DNA of 64,000 nucleotides. It comes from a virus (taxonomy: Duplodnaviria > Caudoviricetes). Positions 30,401 through 38,512 of the stretch are shown one piece after another. The stretch is taken from the IMG/VR virus record IMGVR_UViG_3300021431_000003, positions 1 to 64,000 of that record; one strand, 5' to 3'. Position numbers and translations under genes: made by a program. The notes beneath the pieces are model-generated. The model was not told where the DNA came from and did not search any database. It saw only the letters and a list, made by a program, of their open reading frames with translations. Within the stretch, counting starts at the first letter, position 1. Each line of letters opens with the position of its first letter.

Positions 30401-32651
30401 CTCTGATGGTTCTAAATTCTGTGCTGCTATTATTGCAGAAACTCTTTGTGAAGATAAAGAATTCGCAGAGCATTATGATGCTGCTAAGCCATCTGTTAAG
30501 TACACATATTCTCAAGCATCTATTCTTAATACTAAAATGCCAGTAATTGTTATTTGTGCATACTGTGAAGGTCTTATCAAGACTCTTAATAAGGCAGCAA
30601 TTGAATATAAGATTTCTGATAAGAGAGAAAAACTTGACGTGACAGAATGGGATACTATTAGATTCAAGGATGGTTATCTTTCTTACAAGATCAATTATAA
30701 TTCTTCTCTCTTAATGAATGGTCTTAAAGAATGTGATACAGAGGACTATTCTATTAAGGATATCAATACTAAAACTATGTGGACAGAACAGCTTGACCAC
30801 TTTGGTGGACGTATTAAAGCCGATGGTCTCGATAACTTCTATGACTTAATGTTTGACCCTATTACTCAGCGTGTATGTAGAATGTATAAACTTCCAGAAG
30901 AGTTTGTAGATGGGTTGATTTATTCTAATAACTTACTCTCTGATACTAAGTTTAATAAACATACTGATATCTCTGGTAATAGATTTAGAACAAATGAAAT
31001 CATTGCTGGTTATACTTATAAAGAGCTTTCTAAAGCTTATGCTGATTATAGAACTAAGCTTAAGAAACAAGGTAAAGCTACAATGACAATCAAACAGTCT
31101 GCAATTATAGACGCTATTATGGCAGATTCTACAGCTTCTGATGCATCTACAATTAATGACCTTTGGTATGCTGAAGCAAATAATACTGTATCCTTTAAGG
31201 GTCTATCTGGTCTTAATAGTGACCGTTCTTATTCTCTTGAAAAGCGTACTTATGATGAATCTATGACTAATGTATTAGGAATGTCTACTGGTTTTGCTGG
31301 TACAGTTGGTGTTACTCGTGTTGCTACCACTAATGCTAATGTAAACAGTAAACGTGGTTATATCGCAGACAATTCCGATGCTAAGAAAAATATGAATGAT
31401 ATAAATACTATGACAGTTGCAGAAAATCTTACTCCAATGTGTACTACTCACGATGACCCATTCCGTTTAGCAATGTCTTATGTACAGAGAACTAAACATG
31501 ATATGAGAGTAGATGGTGGTGACCCATTGTTAATTACTAACGGTATGGATGATGCGCTTTCTGTATTTACTCCAGATGTATTTACTTTCAATGCTAAATC
31601 CGACGGTAAAGTAATTGAAAGAGATGAAGACCATATTGTAGTACAATATGATGATGGTAATATTGACTATGTAGATTTAAATAACAAGGTGTATAAAAAT
31701 TCAGATGGTGGTTTCTATACTTCTATTAAGTTAGAACCTGCTAAGGGACTAGGTACTAGAGTTAAGAAAGGACAGTTAATTGCTTATGACCCTAAGTCTT
31801 ATACTGTTAACTGTGGTTATGATGATAATGCTACTTATAATCAGGGTACTCTTGCGAAGATTGCCATTATCACTTCAGACAAGGGTTTTGAAGACTCTTG
31901 TGTTGTGTCTTCTTATATATCTGATGCCTTGTCTTCTAGTGTTATCATGGAAGTTCCAGTAACACTATCTAAAAATACTAATGTATTCAATATGGTTAAA
32001 GTAGGAGAACCTGTACAAGAAGGCGACCCATTATTGATTATCCAGAATACATTTGAAGATAATGATGTAAACGTACTCTTAAAGAATCTTGTAGATGATG
32101 AAGATACAGTTACTTCACTTGGACGTATTCCGATCAAATCTAATAATACTGGTTATATAGAAGACATTAGAATCTATCGTACTTGCGAAATTGAAGAGAT
32201 GTCTCCTTCATTAAAGAAGATTGTAACAGAGTATGAAAGAAAAGAAAATCGTAAAGCATCTCAGGTTGCTAAATACGATGAAACACTTGCTAAACAATAT
32301 AGAGCACAAAAGCTTGAGCAAGAGGGTAAACTTAAAGGTGTAGAAGATGGTGTATTGATTGAAATCTTTGTAGCATATAAAGATGACTTCTCTGTAGGAG
32401 ATAAGTTAATCTTCTTGGGTGCACAAAAGGGTGTAGCTAAAGAAGTAATACCTGAAGGCGAAGAACCTACATCATCATATAGACCAGAAGAACCGATTGA
32501 TGCTATTGCATCTCAAATTTCATTTGAAAAACGTATGACATGTGCTCCATTACAATACACACTTATGGGCAAAGGTCTAGTTGAACTCGACCGCCAGGTT
32601 AAGGATATCATGGGTATCAAACAAGAATACTCAGTAAGACATAAATTTTAA
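27405..32651 (+). CDS. Virion RNA polymerase beta subunit (large N-terminal part) with N-terminal accessory domains
   Basis: GLSGLNSDRS..KR.YD, HDDPFRLAMS, NQG..AKIAI...GFEDSCVVS, VGDKL....QKGV, KRMT; ends before the C-terminal beta region; ATG 27405 with aaaggag RBS and late promoter at 27366. Confidence 0.88.
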   Translation: MAIHVNDLKNLKMYRGSNKLFIPLDRDDNKKGSLIYLLTPNISSSIDMINNPMIINRNWFRSYYVDKSINAIIKADTGEIQEFVQYEDETVQAFINEGKLSSKKRKELPDSEFGIPETRSFPLNDVAHVKAAIRMFNHCPVEYEKKLAKNIIKKVKQYGITDIEVSEENRLHAFWKPIKEAKYATWPFPIEFLTNYRFSYYKSEKEIKAETKECLSIVKNPLDFKPVGEMFVKAKFLVKCHDEEDNLAGFAVAYKHPVYGFEYCVYLDDDSFDNEDAKEEITRYLILVFRDYMYTHQTKDRIVPVYSINRDKTLIKRIKTSYIQDGSVLDRATALKALGKTHTPSEKYPVVYIDMEKLGKKQEDVKESFSVNNVIGETYLQIGNNVYFPNDDIFYEDAVDNKLRQYMYDDRIRTQKELLDVYKVVKSQCPVIKFTKTGASMYNGLNLFFDISYYNKLFIDNNTRLGEQGLRVYSETLKRFLNNKTIDKEYKTKTIFIPVLDYYHKDVNVFDYNKDLNPISTIVRLVKRNKFEELKRIFGNNNVIFFGYNTYFKVNFGEFQKSQLQRFISNINNIFNKSVPVDDEMVQDSPDAIVTDIVDKIEKSQNIELYGALGKLSILSKLEEKPEPDNKTKDGKKETQTKPQKSSESKKPTSTKQVKVKDKDDKPKTEKQVSKEVTEKKKEELISKIQDAAATSTSTEEALDKLDNDEYISNLIQDISDEESTEIKASATRKARINSLSDDFKKKNIKGKSVKELIEKSKETSDGKALEVTSANINSINNDQWDNLQYINFNNEYDVDEDIMAILNFFSTRTVPVGIRDVQVENTTTSEDLKETWTVQCEDISGTRFSLKFDIPLLKNNRFMRIKGNDKTINAQLMNLPIIKTEADTAQITTNYNKIFFYQFGSAIGKSNVVTGKLIKALDKYSGKSIMTRNGSNNITALKYEIPMDYADIGKGYVTITYKNTTFYFDQDEIREKYADKIDLSKGLPIGYDGKQIIYSDGSKFCAAIIAETLCEDKEFAEHYDAAKPSVKYTYSQASILNTKMPVIVICAYCEGLIKTLNKAAIEYKISDKREKLDVTEWDTIRFKDGYLSYKINYNSSLLMNGLKECDTEDYSIKDINTKTMWTEQLDHFGGRIKADGLDNFYDLMFDPITQRVCRMYKLPEEFVDGLIYSNNLLSDTKFNKHTDISGNRFRTNEIIAGYTYKELSKAYADYRTKLKKQGKATMTIKQSAIIDAIMADSTASDASTINDLWYAEANNTVSFKGLSGLNSDRSYSLEKRTYDESMTNVLGMSTGFAGTVGVTRVATTNANVNSKRGYIADNSDAKKNMNDINTMTVAENLTPMCTTHDDPFRLAMSYVQRTKHDMRVDGGDPLLITNGMDDALSVFTPDVFTFNAKSDGKVIERDEDHIVVQYDDGNIDYVDLNNKVYKNSDGGFYTSIKLEPAKGLGTRVKKGQLIAYDPKSYTVNCGYDDNATYNQGTLAKIAIITSDKGFEDSCVVSSYISDALSSSVIMEVPVTLSKNTNVFNMVKVGEPVQEGDPLLIIQNTFEDNDVNVLLKNLVDDEDTVTSLGRIPIKSNNTGYIEDIRIYRTCEIEEMSPSLKKIVTEYERKENRKASQVAKYDETLAKQYRAQKLEQEGKLKGVEDGVLIEIFVAYKDDFSVGDKLIFLGAQKGVAKEVIPEGEEPTSSYRPEEPIDAIASQISFEKRMTCAPLQYTLMGKGLVELDRQVKDIMGIKQEYSVRHKF

Positions 32652-32658
32652 TAGAAAG

Positions 32659-32689
32659 ACCCCGCAGGAACATAGAGTCCTGCGGGGTT
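32659..32689. terminator. Terminator between RNAP gene and tRNA cluster
   Basis: accccgcagga/tcctgcggggt 11-bp stem. Confidence 0.8.
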
Positions 32690-32760
32690 AAATTAGGAGA
32701 ATTGAAATAAAATATTGTGAAACAAAACGTGGAAATTGTGTCAGCTTATTAAAAAGCTGA

Positions 32761-32835
32761 TGGTGACCCCTACGGGAATCGAACCCATGTTGCCAGAATG
32801 AAAATCTGGAGTCTTAACCGCTTGACCAAGGGGCC
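32761..32835 (-). tRNA. tRNA-Glu(UUC)
   Basis: GGCCCCT/AGGGGTC, anticodon loop TTTTCAT, TTCGATT, CCA. Confidence 0.93.
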
Positions 32836-32866
32836 ATTATAAATAAGTTATATATTTAATAAAATA

Positions 32867-32953
32867 TGGTGCCGCTGACGGGACTCGAACCCGTATGGAT
32901 ATTTCACCGACGGATTTTAAGTCCGTTATGTCTGCCTATTTCATCACAGCGGC
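32867..32953 (-). tRNA. tRNA-Leu(UAA)
   Basis: GCCGCTG/CAGCGGC, loop CTTAAAA, long variable arm, CCA. Confidence 0.93.
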
Positions 32954-32959
32954 ATTTGA

Positions 32960-33042
32960 TGCGGGTGACAGGACTTGAACCTGCACGTCATAAGACATGA
33001 GAACCTAAATCTCACGAGTACTGCCAATTTCTCCACACCCGC
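32960..33042 (-). tRNA. tRNA-Leu(UAG)
   Basis: GCGGGTG/CACCCGC, loop TTTAGGT, long variable arm; ends A-TCA rather than CCA. Confidence 0.9.
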
Positions 33043-33153
33043 ATTTATAATTAAGTTATAGTTATTGTAAAACAAAAAAAATAAGACTGTATATTATTAT
33101 ATCGATAAGGTTAATGTCTTCCTTGTCAAATTCATTTTTAGGAGGTATTTATA

Positions 33154-33513
33154 ATGAAAAAGACATTTAGTAAGCAGAAAGTTTTAAGAAAAATCGGAGA
33201 ACGGTGCATCAAATTCCGTACAGAGAAGAAGCTCAGTCAAAAGGAACTGGCAGCAATGGCGGGGTTCAGCCCCGCCTATATCGGCAGAGTCGAGCGAGGT
33301 GAAACGTGTCCCAATATAGACACACTCTACAAAATCGCCAACGCTTTAGAGATTTCACTGTCCGAATTAACAAATATAGAGGAGGATGATGGATACATAA
33401 TGGATAAATATAGAGACGAGATAGAGTATATTCTCTTTATGTCACTTTATCCTGATAAGGTCATGAAGGTAATAAGGGAGATATTTGAAATCACAAATGG
33501 AGGGTTAATGTGA
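33154..33513 (+). CDS. XRE/Cro-C1 helix-turn-helix regulator
   Basis: IG...R.EKKLSQKELAAMAGFSPAYIGRVERGE..P..DTL.KIANAL; early promoter at 33088. Confidence 0.9.
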   Translation: MKKTFSKQKVLRKIGERCIKFRTEKKLSQKELAAMAGFSPAYIGRVERGETCPNIDTLYKIANALEISLSELTNIEEDDGYIMDKYRDEIEYILFMSLYPDKVMKVIREIFEITNGGLM

Positions 33514-35219
33514 TGAAAACAAAAGAGAGACTGTTCGAAAAATTTGAGGCAGTGGTAAATCACTGTCGCAACGTGCCGATTGCTGTGTTTGTTATTCTGA
33601 GCACGATATTCAATTATCTGCTCGGTCAGAACATAGCAAAGACCAATGAGCTGTATTCCGATATCAGCTCGTACGACAAGCTGGAGTTCTTTAATGCTCT
33701 TATCCAGCTCATGGTTCTTTGGATTATCTTAAGAGCGTTTAATCAAGTAATCGGTAAAATTAACAAGCATTGGCTGCTTGATTATAATTATTTGAAATGG
33801 ATTACTAAGCTGACTAATAGTAAACTCAGCTCGATAAGTTCCATTTCAACTGGAACCGCAAATAATGCAATCAACACTATTGCTATGTGCAATAAGGGTA
33901 TAGTAGATTGTGTTATGAGCATTATTCCAAACATAATTCCATTCATTATGCTTTGTCATAAAGAATGGCAAGTCGCTGGATGTATTCCAACAGCGATAAA
34001 CGTAGGATGTATAGGTCTGTTTGTTCTGTATTCATGGAAAGCAATGAATTTCATGACGTACAAGAGACAGGCAAAAGCACGGTCTGAAATTAGTACAGTT
34101 ACAATTGACTGTATTAAGAACAGTCAGACTGTAAAGTACTTCAATAAAGAGGATTGGAGTATTGATAGACAGGACAAAATGCAGGCTAAGACATTTGGTG
34201 CTCAGCTTGGTATCCCTGGAATGGTACTAACAGTAATCTTTTATAGTATCATGTGGTTACCAACAATAGCTGCAGTATGGCTTTGTTGGGAAGATATGTC
34301 TACTGTACTGTATGTTATCATGATGTCTTATGTCATCGATAACATTGGTGGATATATATCTTGTATAATGGAATCTATGACTGAAAAGAAAAATCAGTTA
34401 GAGATTCTTGGTAAACTCGAAGTTGATGACAAGAATCGACTTCCAATTGATGAGAGTATCTATATAAAGAGTGCTTGCTTTACGTATGACAAAGATAATA
34501 CAAAAGCAAGTATCTTTGTAATTAAAGACCTCGAAATCAAGAAAGGTCATAGATATTGCGTAACAGGTAAGAGTGGATTTGGTAAGTCAACTCTCGCCAA
34601 ATTGATTACAGGTACCTATGCTCCTACAGAAGGAAATATTCCGTTGGTAGAGTCAGTCTACATGTTTGCCGAGAGCGAAATGTTCAATATGAGCATCGCC
34701 GACAATATTACTCTCGGTGAAGCATATGATGAGAAAGAGATTCTTGACATGTTGGATACTTTTGAAGTATCTACTAGTCTAGATATCTTTAAAGACTCTG
34801 TCGGAGAGAATGGCAACAAACTCTCTACTGGACAAAAACAACGCATCAATCTCTGTAGGACTTTGTTCTATGCAAGAAGACATCCTAGTAGCCTTATAGT
34901 AATGGATGAAGTTACTGCAGCGCTTGATATCAAGACATCTCTGGTTTGTCTTAGATATTTGACAGCAGAGTTCAAGAGACTCGGTATTACGCTGATATAT
35001 ATCAGCAATAAGACTGATTATCTTAAAACCGACCTTATCACTGATAATATCTATGTTCATCGTAATTTTAATGTCGTGACATATGATACAAAACAGGATA
35101 TAAGTCCGAGAGTTGCAATGTTTTATAAACATCGTAATGATTTGACAGAAGATGCTGTTGTGATTAGCGAGTCATATGCAGATTCTCTTCCGTCAGTTAT
35201 TACTGGTTTCGAGGATTAA
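33510..35219 (+). CDS. ABC transporter, fused permease + ATPase (exporter type)
   Basis: About 5-6 TM helices, then GKSGFGKST, LSTGQKQR, IVMDEVTAALD; H-loop reads ISNK. Confidence 0.85.
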   Translation: MMKTKERLFEKFEAVVNHCRNVPIAVFVILSTIFNYLLGQNIAKTNELYSDISSYDKLEFFNALIQLMVLWIILRAFNQVIGKINKHWLLDYNYLKWITKLTNSKLSSISSISTGTANNAINTIAMCNKGIVDCVMSIIPNIIPFIMLCHKEWQVAGCIPTAINVGCIGLFVLYSWKAMNFMTYKRQAKARSEISTVTIDCIKNSQTVKYFNKEDWSIDRQDKMQAKTFGAQLGIPGMVLTVIFYSIMWLPTIAAVWLCWEDMSTVLYVIMMSYVIDNIGGYISCIMESMTEKKNQLEILGKLEVDDKNRLPIDESIYIKSACFTYDKDNTKASIFVIKDLEIKKGHRYCVTGKSGFGKSTLAKLITGTYAPTEGNIPLVESVYMFAESEMFNMSIADNITLGEAYDEKEILDMLDTFEVSTSLDIFKDSVGENGNKLSTGQKQRINLCRTLFYARRHPSSLIVMDEVTAALDIKTSLVCLRYLTAEFKRLGITLIYISNKTDYLKTDLITDNIYVHRNFNVVTYDTKQDISPRVAMFYKHRNDLTEDAVVISESYADSLPSVITGFED

Positions 35220-35277
35220 AATAAAGGGCGTCACAACGGCGCCCTTTATTTTTTATTTTAGAACTTGTTATATTATA

Positions 35278-35688
35278 TCAAGCGATTCTTGGAATAAAGA
35301 ATTCTATACTCTGTTTAATATCATATGTACCTGTAGATGGAATGAATGTCTTAATGACAGATGTATTGTCATTAAGGTTAATAGTTTTAATCATCAGTTC
35401 TCGTCCCATATCATTTACAATCGTTGTCTTATATACATTCTCTTTATACCAGATACTTTCTACATATGTAAGATTATTGATATAAGTCTTTCTTTCTTCT
35501 AATGTCAATATATCATTACTATACTCAGCATAGTATACTCTTCTACCTATATCATCATATGAGTAATGATGCTTCACTAATTCTCCATCAACACCTTTAG
35601 ATTCAGAGTATGTAACTCTACCTTCATTATCATACTTACTGAACCCATATGCACCAGTTCTTTTCCTTGCTTTCTTTCCAAATAACAT
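35278..35688 (-). CDS. Small YD-repeat-like protein
   Basis: KYDNEGRVTY, YSYDDIGRRVYY, NDMGRE repeats; aaaaggag RBS. Confidence 0.55.
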   Translation of the reverse strand: MLFGKKARKRTGAYGFSKYDNEGRVTYSESKGVDGELVKHHYSYDDIGRRVYYAEYSNDILTLEERKTYINNLTYVESIWYKENVYKTTIVNDMGRELMIKTINLNDNTSVIKTFIPSTGTYDIKQSIEFFIPRIA

Positions 35689-35699
35689 TTTTCATTCTC

Positions 35700-36090
35700 C
35701 TTTTCAAAATGGTATACGACGTCTCTCGAATTAAAATAATCCTAACACTTTAGGTCAACGATACAAGAAGAAAGACTCACTTACTTCTCAAAACTGCTAC
35801 GGGTGTCTTCATAAAAAAATAAATCTTACACCACAAACGAGCGTAGCGAGTGCAGTGGTGAAATCTTCGTCCGTAAGGACGGATAGTTTCAGTAATAAAA
35901 ATTTAAATATAAGAAGACACTATTACTTTAAGCCTTATCAAATCCCTCTCTTTCTATTCTAACTTTTCAACTTCTATACCTTGGAAGAGTCCCACCCCAG
36001 CCAAGTTCTTCGTTCCTAAACGCTCAAGGATTATTTTATATATATGTCCGCTCGTTTGTAAAAAATTACTATCATTCTAGTATTATTCTA
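35700..36090. other. Long intergenic region with nested inverted repeats; candidate replication origin or structured element
   Basis: About 400 bp without an ORF; gtgtcttc/gaagacac encloses caccac/gtggtg around cgagcgtagcgag and cgtcc-gtaa-ggacg. Confidence 0.35.
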
Positions 36091-36144
36091 TTGAAAACTT
36101 CTATGTAATAACATATTTATCTATATCTCAAAGGAGGATAAATT

Positions 36145-36942
36145 ATGATGAACGTAAGTAAAAGACATGTCTATTTTATAGAAGGCGGAGATAATGTAGG
36201 TAAGACTACTACTATTCAAACTTTTAAACAGAATAAGTATATTGAATCTATTAAATTCAATAGAGTGAGATTCTCTAAATATCCAACTAGTGATGCTACT
36301 AATACTATCAATAGACTCAATACTTTATATAAAGAGAATGAAGCTAGACATAAGAATAAAGAAGTTAAAGATAGTGAGTATGTAAGAACTAAAAGAAGTA
36401 TATTAGAAAGTCTTATCAATACTATGATATGTGATATGATATCTAGTTTTGATACTCTATATAATGATAAGTGGGCAATGGCATGTCCAGATGATGTATT
36501 AGAAATATGTGATAGAGGATTTCTATCTACTTATCTATACCAATATAGAGATATGCCTGGATTAATACAAAAACTTATATCAAATATAGATGTAGAACTA
36601 GAATATCTTAAAGCATTCATTAACAAGTATCTACCACCTACAATGAATGATATCAATGTTATTATACTCAATAATAATGCTAATCCATTACTAGCAAATA
36701 TTATAATGGATGACACTGAGACTATAGAGTATAAGAAAGACTTTGATAACAATATAGAACTTCAGAGTAGGATTAACAATTCTTTAAATAATATAGTAAG
36801 ACTGATTCAACAAGATAAGGTATATGATTTATTACCAATCAAGTTTTATTATATTAATATATTTGACGAAACAGGTTCTATCAGAAAATCCCCCGATGAA
36901 ATCTGTGAAGAAATCAAAGCCATTATAAACAAGGAGGAATAA
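36145..36942 (+). CDS. Thymidylate/dNMP kinase
   Basis: FIEGGDNVGKTT P-loop, F.KYP, CDRGFLSTYLYQ. Confidence 0.8.
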   Translation: MMNVSKRHVYFIEGGDNVGKTTTIQTFKQNKYIESIKFNRVRFSKYPTSDATNTINRLNTLYKENEARHKNKEVKDSEYVRTKRSILESLINTMICDMISSFDTLYNDKWAMACPDDVLEICDRGFLSTYLYQYRDMPGLIQKLISNIDVELEYLKAFINKYLPPTMNDINVIILNNNANPLLANIIMDDTETIEYKKDFDNNIELQSRINNSLNNIVRLIQQDKVYDLLPIKFYYINIFDETGSIRKSPDEICEEIKAIINKEE

Positions 36943-36945
36943 CAC

Positions 36946-38109
36946 ATGTTTGGACCATCTTCAATCAAATTGAAATGTAGACTACTCTATAAGAATAGTC
37001 TAGTCAATAACATCTATGAGGCATGTACTTGTTGTTATGACAATACTAAGAATATCAATTATTTAGAAAAGAAAGATTATATCGGCAAGAGAATCAATGC
37101 TGGTCATGAATCTATTCTAGAACATGGAAGACTTGCTATTCTTTTTAATGATATCCCTTATAGTCTTCATAATGATATTATTGAACTTATAGGATTAGAA
37201 TACTCTAAGTGGTTAGAATTCTATACTGTACAACTTGAAAATAGAAACTACAATCTTATTGTCAATGGTAGTATCAGAGCATATAAGCATTTTCTTAACA
37301 ATCTTGAAGCAGATGTATATGATAGAAACGATATTATTCGTGATATCTGTAAGATTCTTAGAGAAAATACTGTAAAAGAACTCTATGGTAAGAGCAAGCA
37401 TATTAACTTTGATGATTTTGTCGATGTAGAACCAGATGTATTAGATATTGATATACCTAATACTGGTATTGACTATGATATCGTTTGTGAAAAATCTATC
37501 GATGGTGTTGTTACTAATGGAGAAGAAGGTATTAAGAGAATCACACTTGGAGCAGATGAACTATTTGTTACAGAACTCTCTGATATCAAAGAAGTTATTC
37601 TTCACTATGGATTTAATAAAGCTGTAATCTATAATATTCTTCCTATCACAGTAGTATTCTATAACATGTCTCGTACAGCAACACATCAACTTGTACGTCA
37701 TAGAAATGCTATTACACAAGAATCTCAAAGATATGTAAATGCTAAGAATGCTACATTTACTATTCCTGTACCAGATTATACAGATGAAAAAGAGTATACT
37801 GTAGAAATCTTTGGTAATAAAGTTACAGCACCTCTTACTGTACTTGCAACTGGTCTTACTAAAGTATATGACCAACTAATTAGACAGGGTCTTAAGAAAG
37901 AAGAAGCAAGAGCATTCCTACCAGCAAATATCAATTGTGGTAGATTATATATGACATTCACTTTATCTAATCTTATTGCTTTCTTAAATCTTAGAACAGA
38001 TCCACATGCTCAATATGAGATTAGAAAGTATGCTGAAGCTATAATTGACTTGATTACTTCTATTCCAGACTATGCTATTCTAATTGATAATTATAATAAT
38101 ATAGTGTAA
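36946..38109 (+). CDS. thyX: Flavin-dependent thymidylate synthase (long form)
   Basis: GHESILEH, SR...HQLVRHR..QESQRY, EEARAFLP, LR...HAQYEIR. Confidence 0.88.
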   Translation: MFGPSSIKLKCRLLYKNSLVNNIYEACTCCYDNTKNINYLEKKDYIGKRINAGHESILEHGRLAILFNDIPYSLHNDIIELIGLEYSKWLEFYTVQLENRNYNLIVNGSIRAYKHFLNNLEADVYDRNDIIRDICKILRENTVKELYGKSKHINFDDFVDVEPDVLDIDIPNTGIDYDIVCEKSIDGVVTNGEEGIKRITLGADELFVTELSDIKEVILHYGFNKAVIYNILPITVVFYNMSRTATHQLVRHRNAITQESQRYVNAKNATFTIPVPDYTDEKEYTVEIFGNKVTAPLTVLATGLTKVYDQLIRQGLKKEEARAFLPANINCGRLYMTFTLSNLIAFLNLRTDPHAQYEIRKYAEAIIDLITSIPDYAILIDNYNNIV

Positions 38110-38137
38110 TTATTTATTAAACTACCAACTATAAAGT

Positions 38138-38375
38138 AATGCATTAATGATGTGTGCTGTCAGTATGTGATGGCTTTTTCCGTCGTTATGCATTTGCGCA
38201 AGAGCAGAAGCTGTATTTGCTTTATATTACAGCTGTGTGTGCTGACATAGGCGGATCTGAGCTTGACACTAGCGACTAGGTACCATCGCTGAATAAGTGT
38301 CTGTAAGACTCCCCCACTCCTAGCACTGCAAGCACAATTGTGTTAAGCCTATCATTGCAGCTTTCTGCTCTTATT
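38138..38375 (+). ncRNA. Candidate pseudoknotted ncRNA, about 235 nt
   Basis: Late promoter at 38127; GC-richer, no ORF; long stems 38138-52/38181-94 and 38200-15/38356-72; loop 38158-67 pairs with 38238-47. Confidence 0.6.
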
Positions 38376-38512
38376 ATTTTTTAAAAGTTCCTATACTCAG
38401 GGTCATAAAATACTGTCCTTTCAAAAAGAATTTGAACCCTAGCACAAAGCTAGGGTTCATTTCTGCCGTTTTGAACAAATTAGTAATATATTCAATGAAA
38501 GGAGTATATCTC

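Noticed and set aside
38138-38375. Assignment of this RNA as tmRNA, SRP or 6S
   Set aside because: No tRNA-like ends or tag ORF, no SRP helix-8 motif, and not a single rod with a central bubble.
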